Below are positions 37,829 to 46,971 of a DNA stretch of 64,000 bases, one piece after another. Below the pieces are notes generated by a model. That model was not told where the DNA came from. It made no database searches and saw only the letters and a program-made list of their open reading frames with translations. The stretch is taken from NCBI GenBank assembly GCA_038231275.1, contig JBBRLQ010000018.1, forward strand, positions 32,001 to 96,000, written 5' to 3'. A program made the position numbers and the translations under genes. Numbering within the stretch: position 1 is the first letter of the stretch; every line of letters begins with the position of its first letter. The stretch comes from Polyangiales bacterium (GTDB lineage: Bacteria; Myxococcota_A; Polyangia; Polyangiales; Polyangiaceae).

Positions 37829-39171
37829 TCCTCGCGAGCGTCCCCGTGCTCGCGGGCGTCGTCGTCGCGTGCGAGCGTGGAGGCGATCCGCCACGGCCCG
37901 ATCCGCCGATCGCGCCGTCCGCGCCGCCTCCCGCGAGCACGGCCGCCATCGATCCCGAGACGTGCCGCGGGTGCCACGAAGGGCACGTCACCGCGTGGTC
38001 CGGCAGCATGCACGCGTACGCGACCGACGATCCGGTGTTCCTCGCCATGGAAGCGCGCGGACAACGTGAGACGGGAGGCGCGCTCGGAAACTTCTGCGTC
38101 TCGTGCCATGCGCCGCTGGCGGTGGCGAACGCGCGCGGCGCCGCCGTCGATCCGAAGAGCCTCCCGCGAACCCTTCGCGGCGTGACGTGCTTCTTCTGCC
38201 ACTCGGTGGACGCGACGCTCGATCTCCATGACGGCGCGCTTCGCCTCGCGGGCGATGGCGCGTTCCGTGGCGCGATCACCGATCCTGTACCTTCGAGCGC
38301 GCACGCGTCCATGTATTCGCCCATGCACGATCGCGCGCGCCCCGAGGCGGCGGCGACCTGCGGCGCGTGCCACGACGTGCGTATGCCGAGCGGCGCCGAT
38401 CTCGAGCGAACGTACGCCGAGTGGGCGACGACGGTGTTCGCGCAAGCCACGCCAGAGGCGAAGACGTGCGGGGGCTGCCACATGCCCGGCAGCCAAGGCG
38501 CCGCGGCCTCCGTCGCGGCCTCGCCGGTCCGGACGGTGCACGATCACACGATGGCGGCGCTCGACGTCCCGCTCGGATCATTCCCCGAGACGGCGCCGCA
38601 GCGGAAGGCGGTGCAGCTCGCGCTCGACTCGGCGCTCACGGCGAAGCTCTGCGTCATCGCGCCCGGCGACGTCCAGATCACCCTAGAAAATAGCCGGATC
38701 GGCCACGCGTGGCCAACCGGCGCCACGCACGACCGCCGCGCGTGGGTGGAGCTGCGAGCGTTCGCCGGCGGCGCCGAGGTGTGGTCGCGCGGAGCCGCCG
38801 CGAACGATCTGCCGCCGGATCCTCGGACCGAGCCCGACGCGATCCTCCTCGGCGGTACCCTCTTCGACGCGCACGCCGCTCCCGTGAAATTCTTGTGGCA
38901 AGCCGCCTCGACACGCACGGTCGTCCTTGCCCCGAAGACGTCGGACGCGCCTGGCGGCACGCATCCCCTCGTGACGCGCTACGCGCCGCCGGCGAACGTC
39001 GATCGCGTGACGATGCGCGTTCGGGTGACGCCGTTCGCGCCGGAGGTGCTGGACGATCTCGTCGCGAGCGGCGATCTCGCGGCGTCCGTGCGTGGAAACG
39101 TGCCGACGTTCTCGCTGGCCTCGACGACGCTCGAGTGGACGAAGGATCGCGGCTACGCGTGCGTGCCGTGA
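37804..39171 (+). CDS. Pentaheme c-type cytochrome lipoprotein
   Basis: Lipobox VVAC; CRGCH, CVSCH, CFFCH, CGACH, CGGCH; W..SMHA, GH.WPTG. Confidence 0.9.
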   Translation: MRRLRLPLILASVPVLAGVVVACERGGDPPRPDPPIAPSAPPPASTAAIDPETCRGCHEGHVTAWSGSMHAYATDDPVFLAMEARGQRETGGALGNFCVSCHAPLAVANARGAAVDPKSLPRTLRGVTCFFCHSVDATLDLHDGALRLAGDGAFRGAITDPVPSSAHASMYSPMHDRARPEAAATCGACHDVRMPSGADLERTYAEWATTVFAQATPEAKTCGGCHMPGSQGAAASVAASPVRTVHDHTMAALDVPLGSFPETAPQRKAVQLALDSALTAKLCVIAPGDVQITLENSRIGHAWPTGATHDRRAWVELRAFAGGAEVWSRGAAANDLPPDPRTEPDAILLGGTLFDAHAAPVKFLWQAASTRTVVLAPKTSDAPGGTHPLVTRYAPPANVDRVTMRVRVTPFAPEVLDDLVASGDLAASVRGNVPTFSLASTTLEWTKDRGYACVP

Positions 39172-39178
39172 AGGTCGC

Positions 39179-40021
39179 TCACTGCTTCATCGTGATCGTG
39201 ATCGGCGCGCCCGCGACGGGACCGCTCACGATGGCGTCGTTCGCATATTTCGCCCAGTAGATGCGCACGGTCACCGGTCCCTGCAAGCTCGCGAGCGTGC
39301 TCCACGACACCGGATCGGGCGCCCAGAACGTCGTTGCGACCATCGCGCGCATCACTTCGGTGCAGCCTTGGGTGAACACGAGGACGTAGCCGTCGCCGCC
39401 GAGTGGCGTGAGCGCGTGCGCTTCGGGCAGCGCGAGATCGACGAGGTCCAGCACCGGCGAGCGTCGCGCCTGCGCTCCCTTGTTCCACGCGAAAATGGAC
39501 CACTCGTCGGCGGTGAGCGCGGTGCCGTCGGCAGGCTCGACGAAGACGGGCGCGCGGCCGCTCGCGCCATAGGAAACCGTGCCGCCGGTCTGCGCGTCGA
39601 CGAATGCGGCGCACGCGGCGCTCGTGAACGACACGTCGCCCGGCCCAACCGGCCCACAAGGATTTACTGCCGCGTCTCCGCCGTCGCCGCTCGCGCCTGC
39701 GTCGCCGCTCGCGCCCGCGTCGAGGTGCTTCGGATCGCACGCAAGCGACGGGAAGAAGACGGCGCGCGGATCGCTCCCGTCGCACGCTGCGCGAAGGTTC
39801 GCGCGGAGCGGGCAGCCTCCGCCGTCGTCGGTCGCGCCGTCCGGTCCTGGTCCGCCGTCGCCGACGGTCACGTCCGCGGCCTGCACGTCTCGCCCCGCGT
39901 CGTCGGCGGCGTTCGTGGACGAAGTGCTGCAGCTCGCGACCAGCACCGGGAGGCCCCACGCGAGCCCGGCCCCGAGGATCGTGCCGCGCGCCACACTCCG
40001 CCCGTTCATCCCTGTACTCAT
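39179..40021 (-). CDS. Hypothetical lipoprotein
   Basis: Lipobox VASC, DAG-rich linkers, GC3 bias; start 40021 or 40009. Confidence 0.75.
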   Translation of the reverse strand: MSTGMNGRSVARGTILGAGLAWGLPVLVASCSTSSTNAADDAGRDVQAADVTVGDGGPGPDGATDDGGGCPLRANLRAACDGSDPRAVFFPSLACDPKHLDAGASGDAGASGDGGDAAVNPCGPVGPGDVSFTSAACAAFVDAQTGGTVSYGASGRAPVFVEPADGTALTADEWSIFAWNKGAQARRSPVLDLVDLALPEAHALTPLGGDGYVLVFTQGCTEVMRAMVATTFWAPDPVSWSTLASLQGPVTVRIYWAKYANDAIVSGPVAGAPITITMKQ

Positions 40022-40272
40022 ACCGCGCCGCCGGGAAGGGGGCCACTCGCCGCTCCGACGAGCCAGGAGTTATCTACGCCGCCTTGGGATCCGCAGCGCG
40101 GCGGCCACCGTTCATCCTGCGCCCCTCGGGCCTCGGCGGGGACTCGCGACGCTCGACGACCTGGCGGCGATCGGGGGAGCTTCGGCGTTCTTTCGTCGGG
40201 GCGGGACGGGTGCGGCGGGCCATTTTCCGACCCTCGCGCCCGCGGCCCGCGAAGGCAACTTTTCGGCGAAGC

Positions 40273-40818
40273 TCACGTCGTCATGCACGCGCGCAGCGAG
40301 GCCTTTGCGCGATGCAGGAGCACGGCGACGTGGCCCGCCGAGATCCCGAGCGCGCGCGCGACGTCCTCGCCCGGCTGCTCCTCGAGCATGCGCAGTGTCA
40401 CGACCGCGCGCTGGATGGCGCACAGCTCCTCCACGCACAACCGGAGCCGGACGTGCTCCTCCGCGCGAACGAGGAGCGCCTCGGCCACCGGCGCGTCCAC
40501 ATCGGCGAGCGCGTCGACGAGCGGCTCGTGCGGACGCGCCCGGTCGTGGCGACGTCGCCGGTTTCGCGCGGCGTTCCGCACCATGCCGGCGAGGACGCTC
40601 GCCTGCTCGACGGCGTCCCCGGGCAGCCGTCCATTCCGCGCGGCGTCGAGCCACGTGCACAGCGCCTCTTGCACGCAGTCGACCGCGTCTTCTGGAGCGA
40701 GCCCCTCCGCGCGCGCCAAGGCCGCGAGCCCCCCACGCTCACGTCGCGCGAGGTGGGAGAGTCGCCCCAGGAGCTCGTCGTCGTCGTCGGTCGCGCTGTT
40801 CATCGTGGTGGTCGTCAC
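40273..40818 (-). CDS. ECF sigma-70 family factor
   Basis: Region 2 (EDAVDCVQEA, MVRNAARN), region 4 (QRAVVTLR, EDVARALGIS..HVAVLLHRAK). Confidence 0.9.
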   Translation of the reverse strand: MTTTTMNSATDDDDELLGRLSHLARRERGGLAALARAEGLAPEDAVDCVQEALCTWLDAARNGRLPGDAVEQASVLAGMVRNAARNRRRRHDRARPHEPLVDALADVDAPVAEALLVRAEEHVRLRLCVEELCAIQRAVVTLRMLEEQPGEDVARALGISAGHVAVLLHRAKASLRACMTT

Positions 40819-40825
40819 GGGAGCT

Positions 40826-40852
40826 CAGGTCTCGAGCGGGCCTAACATTACG
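40826..40852 (-). promoter_or_regulatory. Candidate ECF promoter of the sigma gene
   Basis: Minus strand CGTAAT-GTT-AGG-CCCGCT-CGAGACCTG, 7 nt before GTG 40818. Confidence 0.7.
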
Positions 40853-40872
40853 AACGTTGTCACACGCGCTCG

Positions 40873-40899
40873 CGTAATTCGAGGACCCGGCGACACCTG
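40873..40899 (+). promoter_or_regulatory. Candidate ECF promoter of the thioredoxin gene
   Basis: CGTAAT-TCG-AGG-ACCCGG-CGACACCTG, 7 nt before ATG 40907; 19/27 identical to the divergent copy. Confidence 0.7.
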
Positions 40900-40906
40900 T
40901 CCCGTC

Positions 40907-41242
40907 ATGAAGAACCTCCCGTCCGTCACCGAGGCCTCGTTCGCCGCCGAGGTCCTCGCCTCATCCGTACCGGTCCTCGTGGATTTCACGGCCGCGTGGT
41001 GCGCGCCCTGCCGCGCCCTCGCGCCGATCCTCGAGCGCATCGCCGCCGAGGCGGAGTCTCGCCTGAAGGTCGTCACGGTCGACGGCGACGAAGAGAGCGG
41101 CCTCGCGTCCCGTTACGGCGTGCGCGGCTTCCCCACGATCCTCGCGTTCTCCGGCGGCAAGGAGGTCGGACGTCAAGTTGGCGTCGCGAACACGGAGAAG
41201 CTCCTCGCGCTCCTCGAAGGTCAGCGCGCGGTCGCGCCGTAA
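40907..41242 (+). CDS. Thioredoxin (WCAPC)
   Basis: VLVDFTAAWCAPC, YGVRGFPT. Confidence 0.93.
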   Translation: MKNLPSVTEASFAAEVLASSVPVLVDFTAAWCAPCRALAPILERIAAEAESRLKVVTVDGDEESGLASRYGVRGFPTILAFSGGKEVGRQVGVANTEKLLALLEGQRAVAP

Positions 41243-42138
41243 AATCGGACGGTCGTGCGCGTCACGAGCGCCCCGCGCGCGGTGGCGACGTCAATCGTGA
41301 GGACGTTGCCCTCGCAGGTCAGCCCGTAGAGCGTCGAACCGAACGCGGCGAGGCCGTAGACGCACGCGAACCCGATGGGGCCGAGCGTCTTCGCGGCGCC
41401 CGTCGTCCGATCGAACTCCACCAGCGCGTCGCCTCCCGACGCCGCGCGGGCCGTCGCGAGCAGCCGCCCTTGGTAGAACGCGAGGTCTCCGCTCGACGTG
41501 AGGCCCAATGGAAACGCGGCGAACGGAGTCGACACGCCGGTCGCGAGATCGATCGTCGCGACCTGAGAGCTCCCGGCGCCGTACAGCGTGCCCTCCGGCG
41601 AGACATCGAGCGCGTTCATGGGATCCGGCCGCGGCGCGATGACGGTCAACGCCCCCGTCGTCGCGTCGACGCGCACGAAATCGGAGAACGTCACGCCGTA
41701 CACCGTGCGATCGGGCGCGAGCGCGAGATCGTCGAGCGCCGGCGACGTCGGGCCGAGCACGCGCAGCGCCCCCGAAGGCAGCTTGACCTCGTAGAGTGTG
41801 TCGGCGCTCGACGCCAGCGCGCGCGCCTGACATCCGAGACCGGGATCGCACCCGTAGCTCAGCGGGCACTGCCCATCGTCCGGCGCGTGCGCGCACACGC
41901 GCGTGTCGCACGTGTCCTTCGTGCACGCGATCCCATCCGTGCATTCTGCATTCGTCCGGCACGGCTGCGGCGGCGGCGGCGCATCGACCCGCGCATCGCT
42001 CCCACCGTCCCGCGAACGCGCCGCGTCGCGTCCCGCGTCCACGGGCCGCACCCCCTCCGTCTCCTCCTCGACGAGGAGCGCAGTCCGCGACCCGCACCCG
42101 AGGAGCAGCGCGGCGAGAAGGACGGCACGGCGACGCAT
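41221..42138 (-). CDS. Lipoprotein with Cys-rich repeat and beta-propeller domain
   Basis: Lipobox LLGC; CTDGIACTKDTC repeat; DLA....LYG / SSGDLAF blades. Confidence 0.8.
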   Translation of the reverse strand: MRRRAVLLAALLLGCGSRTALLVEEETEGVRPVDAGRDAARSRDGGSDARVDAPPPPQPCRTNAECTDGIACTKDTCDTRVCAHAPDDGQCPLSYGCDPGLGCQARALASSADTLYEVKLPSGALRVLGPTSPALDDLALAPDRTVYGVTFSDFVRVDATTGALTVIAPRPDPMNALDVSPEGTLYGAGSSQVATIDLATGVSTPFAAFPLGLTSSGDLAFYQGRLLATARAASGGDALVEFDRTTGAAKTLGPIGFACVYGLAAFGSTLYGLTCEGNVLTIDVATARGALVTRTTVRFYGATAR

Positions 42139-42164
42139 TTTTCGCCCGCAGCCTACGCCATCTC

Positions 42165-42195
42165 GAGGCCTGACCGGAAAAGCCGGTCAGGCCTC
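42165..42195. repeat. Perfect 13-bp intergenic hairpin (REP-like or terminator)
   Basis: GAGGCCTGACCGG-AAAAG-CCGGTCAGGCCTC. Confidence 0.7.
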
Positions 42196-42238
42196 TCCGT
42201 CAGGAGTCGTTTCGCTCCGCTGCGCTTCGCTCCACTCA

Positions 42239-43816
42239 TCAGTCCGGCGTGTCGGTCGGCCCCGCGGGTCGAGGGGACGAGGGACGCGCGGATGAGGAGG
42301 AGGGCGGAGAGGGCCGCCGCACGCCCTTCGGAGTCGGCGTCGGCGTCGGAGTCGGCGTCGGCGTCGGAGTCGGCGTCGGAGTCGGCGTCGGGGTCGGGGT
42401 CGGGGTCGGCGTCGGCGTCGGGGTCGAGGTCGGGGTCGGGGTCGGGGTCGAGGTCGGGGTCGGGGTCGAGGTCGAGGTCGCGCCGCTCCTCCGGGTCATC
42501 ACTATCGCCGCCGCCCCGATCGCCAGCGCCGCAAGGGCCACCAGCGCGATCAGAAGACCGCTACGCCCTGGGGCAGAAGCGACGACGAGCGCGGGCGTCG
42601 GTGTCGGCGTCGCGGTGATCGGCGCCGCCACGCCACGCGTCGTCGCAAGGGGGCTCGTCGGATTCGAACGCGGCGGAGCCGGAGCGGCCGGGGCCATGCG
42701 GCGCACGCGATCCGCGAACGTCAGCGCGTGCGGTGGCGCGAAGGGAGCGAGGGCATCGACGAGCTCGCCGAGGCTCGCATATCGCTCGGAACGCTCCTTT
42801 TCCAGGCATTTCAGGACGAGCGCGTCGAGCTCTGGCGGGATCTCCGCGCGGAAGGACGAAGGCGTCGCGGGAGTCGCGGTGGCGATCGCGACCGACAGCG
42901 CGGAGATGATCCGCGCGGGGAAGGGAAGCCGGCCGGCGAGCAGCTGGTAGAGGATGACGCCGAGCGACCAGATGTCGGTGCGCTCGTCGACGTCCTTGCT
43001 GTCCTTGATCTGCTCCGGCGACATGAACAGCGGCGAGCCCACGATCGCCTGCGTCGTCGTCAAGCTCAGGTCGCCGCCGACGGCATCGCGGTGGAGCAGC
43101 TTCGAGATCCCGAAATCGAGCACCTTCACGAGCGACGTGCCGTCCGCGCGCTTCACGAGGAAGAGGTTCGCCGGTTTGAGATCGCGGTGAACGACGCCGG
43201 CCGCGTGCGCCTCGGCGAGGCCCGCGCACGCTTGCAGCACGTAGCTGACGGCGTCCGCGATCGGCACGTCGCCCGCGCGCACGAGGACGGCGAGATCGTG
43301 CCCCGTCAGGTACTCCATCACGAGGTACGGCAAGCCGTTCGGCAGGCGCCCGACGTCGAAGACGCGCACCACGTTCTCGCTCGTGAGGCGCGCGCACGTC
43401 TGCGCTTCGCGGAGGAAGCGCGCCATCGCGTCGGCCTCGCCGCGGAAGAGGACCTTGATCGCGACGCGGTGCCCGAGCTCCATGTGACGTGCCGCGAAGA
43501 CCGCGCCCATGCCGCCCTTGCCGATCGACTCCTCGAGCATGTACTTGCCGGCGATGCTCTGGCCGACGGTCGGAAGACCGAGCGCCGCCGCGACACCTGG
43601 CGCGAGCTGGACGTCGGTGCGTTCGCCGACTGACCCGACGCCGGACGAGGCGGCGTGCGCGGCGTCGGCGAGTCGGACGCCGCAGTTGAAGCATCCCGCG
43701 ACGTGCGCTTCGATCTCCTTCGCGCGCGACCCTTCGAGCTTTCCCGATGCGAACGCGGCGAGCGTCGGCTCGTCGAGGCACGCGGGGTCGCGATCGGTCG
43801 GCGAAGGGGTCCCCAC
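42239..43816 (-). CDS. Membrane Ser/Thr kinase with N-terminal zf-HC2-like zinc finger and (PT)n tail
   Basis: HVAGCFNC; GKGGMGAV, VAIK, HRDLKPAN, DFG, FMSPE; TM; PT repeats. Confidence 0.92.
   Translation of the reverse strand: MGTPSPTDRDPACLDEPTLAAFASGKLEGSRAKEIEAHVAGCFNCGVRLADAAHAASSGVGSVGERTDVQLAPGVAAALGLPTVGQSIAGKYMLEESIGKGGMGAVFAARHMELGHRVAIKVLFRGEADAMARFLREAQTCARLTSENVVRVFDVGRLPNGLPYLVMEYLTGHDLAVLVRAGDVPIADAVSYVLQACAGLAEAHAAGVVHRDLKPANLFLVKRADGTSLVKVLDFGISKLLHRDAVGGDLSLTTTQAIVGSPLFMSPEQIKDSKDVDERTDIWSLGVILYQLLAGRLPFPARIISALSVAIATATPATPSSFRAEIPPELDALVLKCLEKERSERYASLGELVDALAPFAPPHALTFADRVRRMAPAAPAPPRSNPTSPLATTRGVAAPITATPTPTPALVVASAPGRSGLLIALVALAALAIGAAAIVMTRRSGATSTSTPTPTSTPTPTPTSTPTPTPTPTPTPTPTPTPTPTPTPTPTPTPTPKGVRRPSPPSSSSARPSSPRPAGPTDTPD
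42331..42480. repeat. Coding 6-bp tandem repeat (Pro/Ser-Thr linker)
   Basis: (gtcggc/gtcgga/gtcggg/gtcgag)n encoding TSTPTPTP... Confidence 0.9.
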
Positions 43817-43886
43817 GGCACCCTCAGTTTGCCTCGAATTCTCGCGAGGGCAAAACGCGCGGCCGGCGAGGTGCGAGGCGAGCCCG

Positions 43887-45098
43887 CTACGGCGAGCAGA
43901 CGCCCGTGCTGACGACGTCGGCGCACGTCGTCTCGGGGGCCTGGAGCACGAGGCGTCCGCGCGCGCCGCCTCCGCCGCCGCATCGCGCGTCGCCCGTTCC
44001 TTGGGCGCCAGTGCCGGGAGGGTTCGCAGCGCCTGCCTGTCCGCCGACCCCGCCAACGCCTCCGGGGCCGCCGGTCGCGCCTGCGCACGTCCCGCCGACT
44101 CCGGCGTCTGCTCGCGAGGCCGCGCCGCCGCTCGTCCACGGATCTGCCGCCGTCGGCCGGCAGGCGCCGCCACCGCCGCCACCCCCGGACAATTTGATCG
44201 CGGCGGTCGCGCTGTCGAAGACGATCTTCTTGTCGGACTGCATCCACACGGTACCGCCCGCGCCGCCGCCGTAGCCGTCGGGGCAGCCTTGATCGGCCAT
44301 CGCGCCGCCTCCGCCTCCGCCTCCGCTCGCCTCGATCGTGCCGCGGATCGTGATCGTCCCGCAGAGCGACACGAGCTGCACGGCGCCCCCGCCGCTTCCG
44401 CCGACGCGGCACCCTTGACGCGCGTCGAGCGCGCCGCCGCCATTTCCCCCAGCGAAGAGGCCGATTTCGATCGGGGACCCTCCGGTCGCGCCGCACGTCG
44501 ATCCGCCGCCCGGCTCCGCGTTTCCCCCGCCGCCGCCCGGGCCGGTGGCCGCTCCCTTCGTGTGCGGGCCCGCGCCGGGGAACGATCCGGTGTCGCCGCC
44601 CGCGACGTCGAGGAGCGCGTTGTTCTCCATCGTCAGGTTCTGCACGGTCATGACGACGAGCGGCCGCGAGCCGGCGGTCTGGAGCTTCGCGTCGACCCCG
44701 ATGTGCAGCTCGTAGAAGAGGAGGAGGCAGTACGGCGTGCTCGGCCCGGCGACCGGAATGCATCCGGCGTACGTGTCGGTGTCGACTTGGAGCGTGCTCG
44801 TGATGTCGAGGGCCGGCGGCGCCTGGGCGGGGTACTGGATGCCGTTGGCGACGACGAAGCGCGGCGTGCAGTCGTCGATCGGGTGAGGAGCCGCGTCGAA
44901 GGCGGCGTCGATGGCGCCTCCGCCGTCGCCTGCGTCGGTCGTGATCGGCGCGTCCGTCGTGCCGGTGGCGTCGCCTGCGTCGCCTGCGTCGGAGGACGGG
45001 ACGAGGTTCGTGTAGCCGGTGAACGACTCGCCGAGGACGACCCAGCAGCCACCGAGGAGCGGCACCAGCATCGCGATCGCGGCCGCACGCCGCTTCAA
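43887..45098 (-). CDS. Glycine-rich lipoprotein
   Basis: TTG start overlapping upstream stop; lipobox LGGC; repeated GGGGG..(I/V).L strands. Confidence 0.75.
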   Translation of the reverse strand: MKRRAAAIAMLVPLLGGCWVVLGESFTGYTNLVPSSDAGDAGDATGTTDAPITTDAGDGGGAIDAAFDAAPHPIDDCTPRFVVANGIQYPAQAPPALDITSTLQVDTDTYAGCIPVAGPSTPYCLLLFYELHIGVDAKLQTAGSRPLVVMTVQNLTMENNALLDVAGGDTGSFPGAGPHTKGAATGPGGGGGNAEPGGGSTCGATGGSPIEIGLFAGGNGGGALDARQGCRVGGSGGGAVQLVSLCGTITIRGTIEASGGGGGGGAMADQGCPDGYGGGAGGTVWMQSDKKIVFDSATAAIKLSGGGGGGGACRPTAADPWTSGGAASRADAGVGGTCAGATGGPGGVGGVGGQAGAANPPGTGAQGTGDARCGGGGGARGRLVLQAPETTCADVVSTGVCSP

Positions 45099-46075
45099 AA
45101 CGCACCGCCGAAGGTGAGGCCGCCGGCCCGCGCGCCGCTCCCGCTGCTGCCGCCGTCGGGCCACACCGCCCACGCGCCGAATCCGACGGCGCCGACCGCG
45201 AACGCGACGGTGCTCGTGACGACGAGCGTACGACCGAGCGACGCGGCGTCGCTGCCCTGCGGATCGCACGCCTTGTCCGCGTTGCAGTGCGCGTGCACGA
45301 CACCTTTGCGCTCGAGCGCCCATGCGCCCGTGACGAGGCTGATGACCATCCCGCCGATGCCCGCGACGAGCGCCGCGGTGCGCAAAGGGCTCCCCGACGT
45401 CTGGGTCGTCGTCGGAGCGTTCGGCGGCGTCGTCTTCGGTGCGTCGCCTCGCTGCGGGGGAGCTGCCGGGGGTGGTGCCGCGCCCGATCCCACGGGCGAG
45501 AGCGGCTCGAGCGTCGTGGTGATCTTCTGCGGCGCCCCTTCGCGCACCGTCACGACCGTCTCGCGCGCGAGGTAGCCGCTCGCGGTCGCGACCACGACGT
45601 GTCGCCCCGCCTCGACGGCGACCGCCGACCACTCGCGTCGCGCGATCGGCGCGTCGTCGACACGGAGCTCCACCTTGTCCTCGGCCACGTTCGGGGGCGG
45701 CACGAGCTTCACGAACGAGAGGCGCGCCTCCACCGCCGCGAGGTGCTCCGACGCGATCGGCACGCGATCTGCCCGCGCGTCGCGCTTCGCGAGGGCCAGC
45801 GCGTCGCGGAGCTCGCGCCTCGCCGCGAGGAGCTTGCCTTGCTGCTCGTGGCAGAGCCCCACGCTGAGGAGCGTCCCGCCGCGCGGCGCGAGCTGGTTGC
45901 TCTCGGAGAGCTTGTCGCACGCCTCGCCGACCTTGCCCTCTGCGAGCAGGCGCTTTCCCTCGTCGAAGAGGGCATTCGACTTCGCGAGCACGTCGTCCGT
46001 CTGTGCGCCCGCCGCCGCGCCCCAGACGAGCGCCGCCGCGGTCAGGAGCGTGAGGCGCCGCGACGACCGGACCAT
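45095..46075 (-). CDS. TPR + PEGA-like domain protein with C-terminal hydrophobic hairpin
   Basis: LFDEGK.L, ACDKL.ES, GTLL..GLCHE TPRs; AG.H.VVATA.GY PEGA; C-terminal GGLTFGGAF. Confidence 0.82.
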   Translation of the reverse strand: MVRSSRRLTLLTAAALVWGAAAGAQTDDVLAKSNALFDEGKRLLAEGKVGEACDKLSESNQLAPRGGTLLSVGLCHEQQGKLLAARRELRDALALAKRDARADRVPIASEHLAAVEARLSFVKLVPPPNVAEDKVELRVDDAPIARREWSAVAVEAGRHVVVATASGYLARETVVTVREGAPQKITTTLEPLSPVGSGAAPPPAAPPQRGDAPKTTPPNAPTTTQTSGSPLRTAALVAGIGGMVISLVTGAWALERKGVVHAHCNADKACDPQGSDAASLGRTLVVTSTVAFAVGAVGFGAWAVWPDGGSSGSGARAGGLTFGGAF

Positions 46076-46119
46076 CGCTTTCGACCGTAGGAGAACCGCT
46101 CCATCGGAGCAACCCCTCT

Positions 46120-46971
46120 TCAGCCTTTGACGCCGCCTGCGGTCAGGCCGCTCACGAGCTGCCGTTGCGCCACGTAGAAGAGCGCCATGACCGGCACGCT
46201 CACCAGGATCGCGCCCGCCGCGAACGGGCCCCACGCCGCGTCGTGCTCGCCGACGAACTTCTGCAGCACCACCGGCAGCGTGAACGCGCTCTCGCGTGAC
46301 AGGATCGTTGCCGCGAGGATGAACTCGTTCCACGCGCTCATGAACGCGAACAGCGCCGTCACCGCGATCGCAGGCCGCGCCGCAGGAAGCACGACGCGCA
46401 AGAACGCCTGCGTGCGCGTCGCGCCGTCGACCATCGCCGCCTCTTCGATGTCGACGGGAATGGAGAGGAACGCGCCGCGCAGCTGGAAGATCGCGAACGG
46501 CACCGCGGTCGACGCGTACACGAGGACGAGCCCCGCGCGCGTGTCGAGGAGATGCAGCGTGTCGAGGAGCAGGTACAGCGGCACCGCGCTCGCGACCGCC
46601 GGGAACATCTGCGTCGCCAGGAGCGTGCGCATTCCCGTGCGCTGCCCCACGAACTTGAAGCGCGCGAGCGCGTAGGCCGCCGGCGTCGCGATGGCCACCG
46701 CCATGAACGCCGTCGCGAGCGACACCGCGAGCGAGTTGAACGTCTGCGTCGCGAAGAGCCACGCTTTGTCCCCGCCCCCGCCGCCGAGCACGCGCACGAA
46801 ATTGGCGAACGACGGATCCTTCGGCAGCGGAAGCGCGCCGCCCTGCATGCCAGTCGGTGACAGTGCGAGCGCGACGACCCACAAGAGCGGGTACACGGCG
46901 AAGGCCACGGCGAGGAGCACCAGCCCGTGCACCGCGACGACCTCGAACCGCGTGGGCTTCTCGTCGTTCAC
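46120..46971 (-). CDS. Sugar ABC transporter permease (MalG-like)
   Basis: AAYALARFKF, IEEAAMVDGAT EAA loop, AWNEF, LVSGLTAGGVKG. Confidence 0.93.
   Translation of the reverse strand: MNDEKPTRFEVVAVHGLVLLAVAFAVYPLLWVVALALSPTGMQGGALPLPKDPSFANFVRVLGGGGGDKAWLFATQTFNSLAVSLATAFMAVAIATPAAYALARFKFVGQRTGMRTLLATQMFPAVASAVPLYLLLDTLHLLDTRAGLVLVYASTAVPFAIFQLRGAFLSIPVDIEEAAMVDGATRTQAFLRVVLPAARPAIAVTALFAFMSAWNEFILAATILSRESAFTLPVVLQKFVGEHDAAWGPFAAGAILVSVPVMALFYVAQRQLVSGLTAGGVKG

Noticed and set aside
42331..42480. Tandem repeat as a CRISPR or non-coding array
   Set aside because: 6-bp period without spacers; encodes the Pro-Thr linker with synonymous variation
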